From Octopus bimaculoides (lineage: Eukaryota): a stretch of DNA of 64,000 bases. The notes under the pieces are model-generated. The model was not told the DNA's origin, did not search any database, and saw only the letters and a program-made list of their open reading frames with translations. Positions 28,501-41,600 of the stretch are shown piece by piece (within the stretch, counting starts at the first letter, position 1; every line of letters starts with the position of its first letter). The stretch spans positions 58,448,620 to 58,512,619 of the forward strand of contig NC_068989.1 of assembly GCF_001194135.2 (NCBI RefSeq), in the 5' to 3' direction. The translations under genes and the position numbers were made by a program.

Positions 28501-29690
28501 TGCTGAAACTTGAAGTAAACAAGAAAAATGAAGAAAATTCTCTATGAAACGTTTCTTGGTTTTACTATTGAATTCTTGCGAAAGTGTCAGAATAAAGCAA
28601 TAACATTAAACTGTACTCCTTCCATTAAAATAAATTATCAATAACTGGTAGTTGTGAGTAAAATCCTCTATTTGTCCTGATTGTATAAGACTATGGCACA
28701 CAGTGCAAAATTAGATCTGGTATTCTGTGGATCATACTGCACATTCCAATGTGGTGGATAATTGTAAGGAATGCTGGTGCCACTTAAAAAGCACCCAGTA
28801 CACGCTGTAAAGTGGTTGGTTGTTAGGAAGGACATTCTAGCCATAGAAACCAAGCCAAAATAAACTATGGAACCTGGTGTGGTCCCTGGCCTTGCCAGTT
28901 CCTGCCAAGCTGTCCAACTCATGTCAGCATGAAAAATAGCCATAAAATGTTGATAATGATGATGATGATGAATGGAGTGTAACTCTGGGTGAGTTGCTTG
29001 TTTCTGTATGTCATGATAGTTAAAGTGGAGGTGGATAAGGTTGACTAAATCAAAACATAACAGCTGCTGTTACTCTTTGCTGATAATTACTTGTGTGTAT
29101 CACATTATAGTGTTTGAAGCTAATGAGGTTATTGATGTTGCTGTTACTTTTGTGTATGTATTTTTTTGTATATGTGTCTGGCTGAGAGGGAAGGATAGCA
29201 TTTTGAGGGTGGTGTTGTGTTCCAGAATGTAATAGATGTACTTGGGTGTAAAGATTATACATTTAACAGCAGGCATTGTAAGGGTTGGAGCTTGTTAACC
29301 TTGTAAAGACATTTTTTTAGGCAGTATTGCAGCATGTTTGCATTCTTTGTACTATATTTGTGCTGTATATATTTTCTGATTCAGTTGTGTTTTTTTTTTT
29401 GTGTGTGTAAAATGCTTGAGGTTTTGAATGGTATTGATCTGCATGTTGCTGTCTTTGTTTCTGTATATTCAGTATCCAGGAGAACATTACATAGTATATT
29501 TATCCATTTTGAGAATGATAAGAAGTTTAGGTACAAGTGCGGCTGTGTGGTAAGAAGCTTGCTTCCTGATCTCATGGTTCTGGGTTCAGTCCTGTTGCGT
29601 GGCACCTTGGGCAACTGTCTTCTGCTATAGCCTTGGGCTGACCAAAACCTCGTCAGTGGATTTGGTGGATGGAAACTGAAAGAAGCCTGT

Positions 29691-29737
<47 letters not shown>

Positions 29738-32499
29738 GTGTGTGTGTGTCTTTGTCTCTGTGCTTGTCTCCCCCATCACTGCTTGACAACTGGTGTTGGT
29801 GTATTTATGTCCATAACTTAGTGGGTCAGCAAAAGAGACCGATAGAATAAGTACTAGGCTTAAAAAACAAGTCCTGGGGTTGATTTGTTCGACTAAAACC
29901 CTTCAAAGTGGTGCTCCAGCTTGGCCACAATCAAATGACTGAAACAAATAAAAGAATAAAAGAAAGTTTAAGGAACAGTTTGCTGATTGGCCTATAGGCA
30001 ATTCCTCATTGGCTTGTAAAGGTATCCTCCTCCTCCTCCTCCTCATCATTATCATCATCATCTATTTGTTATATCATTTCTTATTGCTATCATCCTTTAC
30101 CTTCCAATTTTAAATTCATAAATTCAAACTCTGTTATTTGGAGTATGCAATGTCTTTTAGAGGCAAGTAAACACATCATTGTATTGCTCTATAGTTGAGG
30201 AGCAAGGGAATTTCCCATGGCCTTTGAAGGGACTGTGAGAGTAGGTGGGGTAGGTGCAAGGGGATATATAAATGATGACTCAGGTGTTGCTACAATAAGG
30301 GGTTGCACATCAAGATATCAAGTTATTCTCAGGTTGGTGACCTAGTCACAACACTTGTAACCGAGTGGACTTCATAGGAGGCAACCACTAAAAGTCAAGT
30401 GGTGTTTTGAAACCAAGTGACAGATGTGGTCTACCACCCAAGAACAAGTACAATCTAATGGGTTTTGCACAATTTCTGTGTCCCCAAGTTTATCAACAAT
30501 GCCTGCTTTGACTTGAGGCTTTGGTAGAACAAACCTGTTCAAGATACCACATTGTGGGATCAAATCAGAATTTACTTCTTAACCACAATGTCACCCCTTG
30601 GGTCAATTGGGTAAATTTTTCTGAAACTCATTACCATTGCTTTACTTTCTCATGCAGTAGATGGGGCTGTTAGCTGTACAACTACTTGTCCAAATGGTCA
30701 TGCACATCTTTAGAACACATTTTGTTGCAGTTTAGCATTGCAGATTTAAAAACAAAATTTTCTTCATAAAATATGAGACTTGTCTTTTGATTTCAGTCTT
30801 TCTCTTAGATGGCATTTAAACAGGAAGACAGGTGAAGTCCTACGTGTGATTGACAGAGGAAAGAACAGCATCAATCAACTTCTCAGTTATATTCTGTTCC
30901 AGATCCTACCTACAATTATTGACATTATCATTGCTATTATATTTTTTATCACTCAGTTCAACTATATCTTTGGTTTAGTAGTTTTTCTCTGTATGACACT
31001 CTATCTTGGTAAGTGACACATTTTATTGTTCTGTTCTGTCTCTTAAAATTTTTCTTCTGAATCAATATCTTTTGTTTATCAGTAACTGAGTTATTGAGTA
31101 AGTGTTGTAACCTTATGTACTGGAGGCTTTTTGTTTTTCAAGTGGAAGGGAGGGGAAGTGATTTGAAGTTAGTTTTTGTTAAGATTGAAGTGGAAATACA
31201 CAGAAATTTTATGAATGATGCACTACTTGAAGCGAAAATGTGTGTATTGTTTTATACATATACAGAACAAGAGGAGACACATGGGAGAAAGAATTGTTGA
31301 AAAAGTCAAAGGATGTGCAACAAAAGAGCACTGACAAAGAAACAAAAATAATAATAAAGCTTAAGTAAGGTCAAACATATAGTGCTTGTGTTTAATTGGC
31401 AAAATATGACCAGCCCCAAATATAAATATATTGGGTCATCCCATAAATAATCCATTTTTTTTATACTTCTTTTATTTTTCAAAATTAAGATAAGCAAAGT
31501 TCTTTTTTAATCGAAAATACACTCTCCTTCATTTTCTATAATGCTCTTCTATCTATCTGGTAGACTTGCAAGGCTCCTCTTCCAAAATTCACTTGTCCAT
31601 AACGAAAAATACTCCTCCAGTACTGTTCTGATCTTGTCTACAGAATTCATGTTTTTTCCGTCCAAATGATGTTGAAGACTGCGGAATAAATGATAATCTG
31701 ATGGGATGATGTCCAGCGAATATGGTGGGTGGAGCATTGTTACCCATTCAAACTGCTCCAGCCTTTAGAATGTCACCTCACTGTATGTAACTGAGCATTA
31801 CTCTGATGGAAGAACACCTTTCATCTTGAAACCAAAGACGGTTGTTTTTTTTTTCTAGCACTGACTTAAGCTGCTCAAGCTTCTTGCAGTAGATCTCCTT
31901 TGTTATCGTTTGGTTTGGGTTTCAAAGTTCAAAGTGGAGTAAACCTTTCATATCCCACCAAACAGATAACAACACTTTATGTGGGTGAAGAGCATCTTTA
32001 GCCTGGGGTGCTGGTGTTTCTCCTTTCTCTACCCACTGTTTTCAGTGCTTGACATTTTTATATAGAACCCATTTCTTGTCACCAGTCAGTATTTGGTTCA
32101 AAAAAGGTTCATTCATAGGACTTGACAAAAAGAAGAGCACACTCTCTGCGCGCGATTAGACTTGAAAAGTTTGTGAGGAACCCATTGACCCAATTTGCTG
32201 ACTTTTCTGATGGCATGCCGGTGTTGATGAATGGTTGTCTCTCTGCTAGTTCCTCAACAGTTATGATGGAATTTTGTTCCATCAGGGTTTGCAGGATGTC
32301 CTTGTCGAGCTCTATAGATCTTCCAGGACTAGGCTCATCTTTAGGCTGTAGTTTCTGGCTCAGAATTTCTGGAAACAACGTTGACACTGGCTTACGCTTA
32401 TTGTCCAATCCCCATATACTGCATTAATATTCCTCACACTTTCCATTACGTTGTTGCCTTTATTGAACTTATAAAGCAAAATATGTATATATCATACAC

Positions 32500-32540
<41 letters not shown>

Positions 32541-32603
32541 CATACATATATATATATATATGTATATACATACATATATATATATATATATATATGTATA
32601 TAC

Positions 32604-32634
<31 letters not shown>

Positions 32635-35600
32635 CATACATATATATATATATATGTATGTATGTATACATATGTATATATATGTATATGTATGTATACA
32701 CACACCCACACACACACATATGTATATATGCTTCTAAAATAAGGATAACATCTTTTGGTTAAAAGTTTTCAAAAAAAAATTTACCAGTGGCCAGCATATT
32801 AAAATACCTTTTACGGTGAAAATTATAAACAATTACAAATAAGGGCAAAAGAAAGAAATTTTCAATGCCAATATGCTGAAAAACAGACTTTAGATCGTCT
32901 AACCACATACAATATTTTTCACTATAAATACACAGTGTGTTGAAATGAGGAAAGCACACTAACAGAAATTTTAAAATTCCAGTACTCCATCTACCCACTT
33001 CTCTGCTAAAAGAATACCTATACAACCCATTATAGAGTTAATACCCAATTGCAAAATACTTTATATTTATGTTTCTTGTCAGTTAAGTGTTTGTCTGAAA
33101 TAACCTTTATTTTAATTCTTTACATATGACAAACATTCGTTCACCGCTATTGTAAAATCTCAGTTATATCACTAGATCTATCTTTTATCTTGTTAACCTT
33201 AATAATGGTGAATTTGAAATGAAGATGCTGAAAGGTAGGAAGTAGTGAAATTGTTTGTTGATGTTCAAGAAGTGCCAAAGTTTAACACTACATCTAACAT
33301 GGTAGATAGTATTACTATTGAATGTGTTGTGCTGCATGCTTAATTGGTAGGAATTTTATGACCTTTTGTGTTTTGTGTGTAACTTTCTTTGGGAAATGTT
33401 ACTCATGAAAAAAATCTTTGTTACATTGTGTCACCGGAAATAGTTATGGAGGATACCACAACTTGATGTTATATTTATTTTAGCAACAACAATTCTAATC
33501 ACAGAATGGAGAACCAAGTATCGGCGCAACATGAATCTCAAAGACAATGAAGCTAACACCAAAGCAGTGGATTCTTTGCTCAATTTTGAAACGGTTTGAG
33601 AATTTCTCAATTCTGTATTTGTTTCTTGCAGTTCTGATAAATTATGGTAATAATGATCATATTGGAATTTACTATGAATTGAGAGAGGGCAGGAACTACA
33701 ATTAATTCCTTACTTCGGCACTGTTCCACATATTTAATTTGGAAGGGAATAAGGTTGTGTAACAATCTTTCTCATAAAGTGTGACCAAATTAAGGCTTCA
33801 GTCAGAGATCAAAACTAGTTTGATATTTGTCAAACCAGTTGTACAACACAATTAGCAGTTGGCTAATTATAGTATTTTGTAACAAAACATTTTTAATTTG
33901 AGAACCAAAGAGACTGACAAAATGTTGATAAATTAATTATGCAAATGTAACTTAAATATAAAAAAAAAAAAAAGTATTTTTCTAATATTGCTTTCATGTT
34001 CTTAATTCTGGCTTCATTAAGTATATTAATTTATAATTAGTATATTAATATAGACAGGGTGTCCGCAAAATGTATGCACACATTAAGTGATTATAAAGTC
34101 AGTGTTTATCAAAATGCATTCTATTTTCAAAATTTGATGTATCTAGCGACAGAACTTAATTTTTTATGAATGCCTGTTTTCAAACTGATGACTGTTCTTG
34201 TCCAAGCACTGCTGATAACATGAAACAATGGAATTGCAATCATGAAGAAACATTTTGTTTGGAATTTGTGTGCATTCTAGTTCAATGTCTGCTCTCAGTT
34301 CATTGATTGTGGCTGAGTTTTGTACAGTACACTTTAAGTATGCCCATAAAAAATGTCCAGTGATGTGTGGTCCAGTGAATGCAAAGGGTTTTCTACTGAA
34401 ACTCCTATGTCCAATCAACCAGTTTGGTAAAATCTCACCAAAGTAGGCCTTTTGCATTACTATGGTAGTGTAGGGATACACCATCTGACTGGAAATAAAA
34501 CTCCACATTTTCAAACCGTTCTTCAATGCTTGGCATAATGAATTGTCACAGCAAGTTCAAGTAAATGAGAACAGTCACTGTACTATCAAAAAAGAATGGG
34601 TGAATTAATCCAATGACAGCACTTCAAAATGCGATGGATGCTTGATTTTGAAATTTTCATCTCCTGACTCACTTCCTGAATTTTGACAGTATGTTCCTAG
34701 TACCTTTTCTTGCTTTGTGGGGCTCTTTAATATCTGCTGTCTTCTGGAATATTTCTTGTGGATATTCTAAATAACTCCATCTGCTTTAAACTTTCAATTC
34801 ATATGGTGGTATGCTGTGTAATGGATCTGTTTGAACTTCCCTCTTAAACTGTCTTTGCACTTCAACTACATTTTCAGACTTTCAGTAAAACTTTAAGATA
34901 AATTTAAGAGAAAATTTATCTTTGTTCAAAGTTTAGTCTGGCTCCTTTCATCATTTCTAATGGGTTAAATCTAAAAAGAAAAGAAAACAAGTTAACTGCT
35001 GTTAAAGTGTGTATACATGTTTTGGGACACCCTGTATATATTTTCATATATATATATATATATATATAAACATTAAATATCATTATAGTATTAACATTAA
35101 TATATATATATTTTCTTTAAAGGTGAAGTATTATAATGCTTCTCAGCTGGAAGTAAATCGATACCAGGGAGCTATTGTGGAATATCAAGTCAGTTGGATA
35201 TTTTTTATATTTGTTTTGATAATTGCCATTCCTTTTAAACATTTGATATATTTAAGAAAAATTTCCAGGAAATATTATTTATATTTTAAAAGAGACGAGT
35301 TGTTTCAAAAGTAGATAGTTTTATAGTTCTTAAATTGATGTTTTGTATGTTCCAGCTAGAAACTTAAGAAATATTATACCTTAAATGCATCAAAGGATAT
35401 GTGTAGGAGGGATGACAGTGCTGAGCTGGACTTATTAAGGGAATGGGTAATGAATGCTTGGTGAAAGTATATTGTGTACTGTCAGTGGAGGTTAACCATA
35501 GAGACAGAAGATCAAGGAAGATGTAGGGATAAGTAATCTGGCAGATAGGAGATGGAATCTTTATATATAAAAGGATTAAACACTCAAGTGAAAATATATT

Positions 35601-38600
35601 AGTATGATAATGATTATTTTAAATTCGTGCATATTTAATTGTATTTCATCATAATTACAGAATGTAGATGAGTTATGAGATCAATTTTTCAAATATTATT
35701 GATCTTCTCCTCACCCAGAGCGGATAAATCTTTCACCTTTTACTAAAAAGATGATGACCCTCCTTGAGTTTCTCCAGACTGGCATGTTTGGACAATAGCA
35801 CATTGTCAACAATTTTAGTCTTTTGTCCTGTCTTCTGTGAAACTTTGTACTTTGAGATTTCATTTTACCACTTCTTCCATTGTTTTCCTCAGGTTTCTTC
35901 ATCTACAGATACTGCACACCAACAGTACACAATATTTTCTCACCCTCTCAGTGTTATCAATTCATATCACATTCATCTCTCATGGTCATTGTGTCTGATG
36001 CATTTCTACTCAACTAGTCTCACAGCTCTGTATTACCTTTCAGTCTAACAGTATCCATTCATGCCTGATTCATTGGTTACTTATCATCATTGATCTCCCA
36101 TGTATTAAGTCTTCATGTCTCTACACCATGTAACATTATTACCTCTGTCACATACTGCATACCATGTACTTTTTCACATGAAGAGAGAAACCTTTTGTTG
36201 CTACCACAAGAAACAACTCCCTAAATGTCTTATACATCTTCTTTAATCTATCAACTATACCTTCACTGCAGACCCTTCAGCATTATTTACATTGGTCAGT
36301 TAAATTGTAATGTATCAAACGACATGCAATAAATTGCTTTAGGGAAATTTCCTTTCTCAAAAAATTAAGAACATATTTCACAAGTCTGGTCTCTGTTTGC
36401 AGGCAAGGGACAATAATAAATGTTTTGGTCTGTAAGACTCCATCAGCATAGTATATTAGAATACAAATAAAATAGCTGTCTGATTCATATCAAATACATT
36501 TTAATGTAGTTTAAGAATAAAACATTTTAAGAAAATCTGATTAATCTTGACTTGTTTATATTTGCAGAAAGCTGAATGGTTGTCTACTGTCAGCCTGAAC
36601 TTATTAAACACACTGCAAAGTTTTGTCATTGGAATAGGTTTACTTGGTGGCTGTATGTTATGTGCTTGGTCAGTAGTCCATGGTCTAAATGGCCTGAAGC
36701 TTACTTCAGGGGACTATGTTCTGTTTGGTACTTACATTATACAGCTTTTTGCTCCATTAAATTGGTTGGGAACTTATTACAGGTAAGCTATAGGTTAATA
36801 TTTCTGAAACTTTATTAATTTTATTTAAAAATGATTCACTAATTTTCTTACATAGAAACTTATGCCTTGGTATTTGGACATTTGATATCAGTATCAAGGT
36901 ACATCAGATGTTTATAGAATGATTAAATTATTGTTCCTTTTTGTTTTAAAATAGAATGATCCAGCAATCTTTCATTGATATGGAGAATATGTTTGATTTG
37001 ATTAACGAAGAAGAAGAGGTAAGAATAACAGTTATTTCTAAGTTAGTGACAGCTTCAATGCAAGTCATAAGGATTTAGCATGTGAAAGTTCATGTTCATG
37101 AAAGTTGGCTGTAAATTTTACTTCTGAATCTGTTGTTTATTTCATTATTTAACTAAATATTTATTAAAGAATATATCTCAAATAGCATGAATTCTAAAGA
37201 GTTTGAAATGGAAAATTTTGAGTGTATGTGTAAATTACATAGACATACAACAAAGATATTTCTGTTTAGTTTGGAGAATAAAATTAGCATTAGATGAATT
37301 GTGATTTTAGTATTTTAACCACTAATACATTAATACAAGTTTATGCTTTACATACTAATAATGTACACCTATGAAACGATCACGTTCACTATTAAATTCC
37401 CACCACATTCACTTCTAAATTCTCACCAGACAAAGTTATTGTTATGAAATAATTCTGAATGTACAATGCTTGAGAGAAAGTTTTGTGAAATTCTTTGATG
37501 CAGTTATTTAGAAATAAATTTTGCCATTGATTTCAGGTTTGTGATATTCCTGGTGCCAAAGAACTGCAACTGAAAGAAGGCAAAATTGAGTTTAAAAACG
37601 TTCAGTTTCATTATGAGCCTTCGTAAGTATTTTCAAATGAATTTTTTTTTTATGTACCATGTATGGTGTGGCCAGTTAAATAGCTAGAGAGAATAATAAA
37701 AGTTTAAGATGTGTATAAAGTAATCCTTGAGGATTATTAAATATTGCGTCCTGTCTTTTATAGCATCTATGCTTTAGCATCAAAATAACTTCTTTATATT
37801 TTACAGCAATTAGAGATGGTTTGTTACATTTACATCTGTCATTGCATGTATAATTGGTCCTGTAAAACAAGAGTGCGAGGAAAGGACTTTTTTGTCTAGT
37901 TTTCACATGTCTCCTTATTAAGGTCATATAAATTTGTCTATCACACATCTCCTTATGGGTGATGATATATATATATATATATATATGAATATAGTTGAAA
38001 TTTACAGAAAAACAAAAGACAAAGACAGATGTATAAACAACAAGCAGGTGTATTAGTTTGACGCTCGGGAAGGTGAAAAAGTCTTTAATGTTTTGAGCCT
38101 ATGCTCTTCAGCAGAAAGGAACATGAGGAAATAAGCAGAGAGTGAATAAAAAAAGAAACTTGTGGATTCAGCAGTCAATCATGGTGAATCAATCAATAAA
38201 TTAATATATATATATACATGGTGTCCCAAAAGTTGCTGATGGGTTTCAATTTTTAATAACTTCCTTAACTTTACAAATAAATGCATGAAATTTTGATACA
38301 ATATAAAGGACATAATGGAAATTAATATGCACGAGTCAAATTTTGCAACACCTCTACATCACTTATAGAAAATGACATCGCTTAAATGGTAGCCATTTTC
38401 GGTTTTGCATGCTCGTGATCTTTCCAAAACTTGCACCATAACACCCTCAAGAGTTTCAGACCCCACTTCTCTGATTTCTCTACTGATGTTCTCCTTCAGT
38501 TGCACCAGGGTCTCTGGTTTGTTGATGTAAACCCTCTCTTTCAGGTATCCCCACAAGAAAAAATCTGGGCTAGTCAAGTCTGGGGAATGTGAAGGCCATT

Positions 38601-41600
38601 CAAAGTAGACCTCACACATGCTTCCAGTAAGATGGGGCAACTGCTTATATCACATGAAAAACAATGCAGTTGCTATGGCAGTGCTTTGGAAAGAGAATAA
38701 TCTCCTGCTATGGCAATGTCAACTGGCCTTCACGTTTCCAAGATTTGACTAGTCTGGATTTTTTCTTGTGGAGATACCTGAAAGAGAGGGGTTTACATTA
38801 ACAAACTGGAGATATTGGTACAACTGAAGGAGAACATCAATAGAGAAATCAGAGAAGTGGGGTCTGAAACTCTTGAGAGTGTTATGGTGCAAGTTTTGGA
38901 AAGAGCACAGGCGCGTGAAGTCGAAAATGGCTGCCATTTAAGTAATGTCCTTTTTCATATGTGATGTAGTAGTGTTGCAAAATTTGACTTGTGCATATTA
39001 ATTTCCATTATGTCCTTTATATTGTATCAAAATTTCATGCATTTATTTGTAAAGTTAAGGAAGCTATTAAAAATTGAAACCCATCAGCAACTTTTGGGAC
39101 ATCCTATATATATATATATATTTATTTATTTATCTGTCACAATTCCTCTATTTGTGGTCATATGTATTTGTCAACCATTGTATTATATATGTGTATGTTA
39201 TTTATACATTAACGTATATTAATTGTTGTTAATGTTGTTTTCTTTTGTTGATTTAACCGAAGAAGCAATCCAGTTGATGTTTCACTCCTAAATAAGTCAT
39301 TTTCTTTGTTATCTGATAGAAACTGTGGCTGTTAATTAACATTAACTAATTGTTGGAATGTATTTTGCAATTCATTTTAGACGACCCATTCTGAAAAATA
39401 TTTCTTTTACTGTTTTGCCTGGACAAACATTTGCTTTGGTAAGTTGTTTCCTTAAATTTACAGTTAATAATCTTGTTATAATGAGGTATCAATGAGAAGA
39501 TAAAGGTTGGGTTCCCACCAACTGTTCACTTGGATGTAAACTTCATTTTAAACATGTTCACCATTTAGTCCTAGGTTAAGTTTAAACTATATTTAAAATC
39601 TAAGTCAAAATAAATTTAACTAAAACTTGTATATCCCTTGAGCTACTTGTTTATGCTCTAACCAGTCAGATCCAACCTATCACACCTACCCTTCAATGCC
39701 ATTCTAAAAATATGCAATCACATCATCAAAATTTCAAAGCTTCAAAATAAATTGCATGATTAATTAAAAACAATGTGGATGAAAAAACATTACATTTGAC
39801 AGAATAACCTGAATGCTAAAGATATATATATATATATATATATAATTCCCTTCAATGGTGGTTAAAACAATCTTAATCATTAATTTATATATATATAGGT
39901 GCAGGAGTCACTCACCATAGGAGTTCACAATCTGTTTCCACAGAGAGACAGGACAGCATATTTGTTAAACAAATCCAATGGGGGTCTTAAAAGACATGTT
40001 AGGATCCACAATGAGCAGAACTTACTTGCAGTTATTGGTAGTGCAAATCAGAGGTGCAATCTGTGTGGGTGTTTTTTCAAAACACTGTCTGGTTTAAAAA
40101 GCCACATCAGACGCCATGAAAGGGCTAAGGTGTAGGTGCAGGAGGTGGTCAAACTCTGTTTAAGGAGTAGACAACCACCATATATATATATATATATTAG
40201 TATCTTTTAGTTGTTTCAGCCATTTGACTGTGGCCATGCTGGAGCACTGCCTTTAGTCGAGCAAATCAACCCCAGGACTTATTCTTTGGATGCCTAGTAC
40301 TTATTCTATTGGTCTCTTTTGCCGAACCGCTAAGTTATGGGGACATAAACACACCAGCATCGGTTGTCAAGCGATGTTGGGGGGGACAAACACAGACACA
40401 CAAACATATACACACATACATATGTATATATATACATATATACGATGGGCTTCTTACAGTTTCTGTCTACCAAATCCACTCACAAAGCTTTGGTTGACCA
40501 GAGGCTATAGTAGAAGACACTTGCCCAAGGTGCCACGCAGTGGGACTGAATCCGGAACCATGTGGTTGGTAAGCAAGCTACTTACCACACAGCCACTCCT
40601 GTGCCTATATATATATAAATTAATGATTAAGATTTTTTTAACCACCATTGAAGGGAATTATTTTTCTGTGCTACCTAACCTGAGTAAATCTTAAGTGAAA
40701 TGCATGAAATATATATGTTCTGTTGGTTTCTTCATAGCCTTTGCATATTTTTTGAGACTAGTTGAATTGATGTTGCTAATAAGTCAGTGTCTGCAGAAAA
40801 CACAAGTGCAGGGAGGGGCATCATTTTGGAGACAAAGGTGTTAGTATAATGGTATAATGACTGAGGTTGGTGGACACCATATAGGATGATAGGAGGAGAA
40901 AAGAGGTGAGTTGTGAATGGTTGAGTTGGAGTGGCATGAGACTTGCCAGCTCTGAGTTACAGCACCCACTGTAGTATTGGTGGTACAAACAGAGAGACAG
41001 GACAGCATATTTGTTAAACAAAGGTTGGAGTGGGTTTGTGTGTGTGTGTGTGTGTGTGTAGCAGCACCAGATAGCGGGGCAGCACTACATTGTGGATATC
41101 ATTTGAACTTTCTAGAGAGTTAAGAGGGCTGAAGGGTCAGTCTTTGGAATAGTGTGGCCTACTATTTAGAATGTTCATAGGGGTTCTGGCTGCATGCTTT
41201 TCATATTTAGGAAATGCTTAATTGTTGTGATGAAGCAGGCAACATTGGTATAATTCCATTAGAAGATGGTTCACAGTCTTCATTCATGCAGTTTTGTTGT
41301 GAGGTGGAAACAGATTGTGAACTCCTATGGTGAAGATAGTAAAACATTTTTTTAAAGGTTTACTTTCAGTGAGTGACTTTGTCGTTAGCTTTCTTTTTCT
41401 TAGAAATTCCTGTAATATCTAATATTGTGAGGGTGTGTGAATGTGTGTTATTTTGTAGGAGCTTTTCAAGTTACATTTTTGAATTGTCTCTTATTAAATT
41501 AATTTTCATTTAAGCGGAAAAGATGGTAATATTGTTGATGGTTGTGGTGGTTGTAGAGAAACTGGAGTGCCATAAACTCCTAGTTTCTTCATTGTAACAT

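Noticed and set aside
32381-32762. Many YIYI/ERER/SLSL/IIII ORFs here and elsewhere
   Set aside because: Microsatellite translations.
39899-40135. Nested C2H2 zinc-finger gene
   Set aside because: One complete finger, no credible start or splice sites, and a TA tail follows; best read as a LINE C-terminus.
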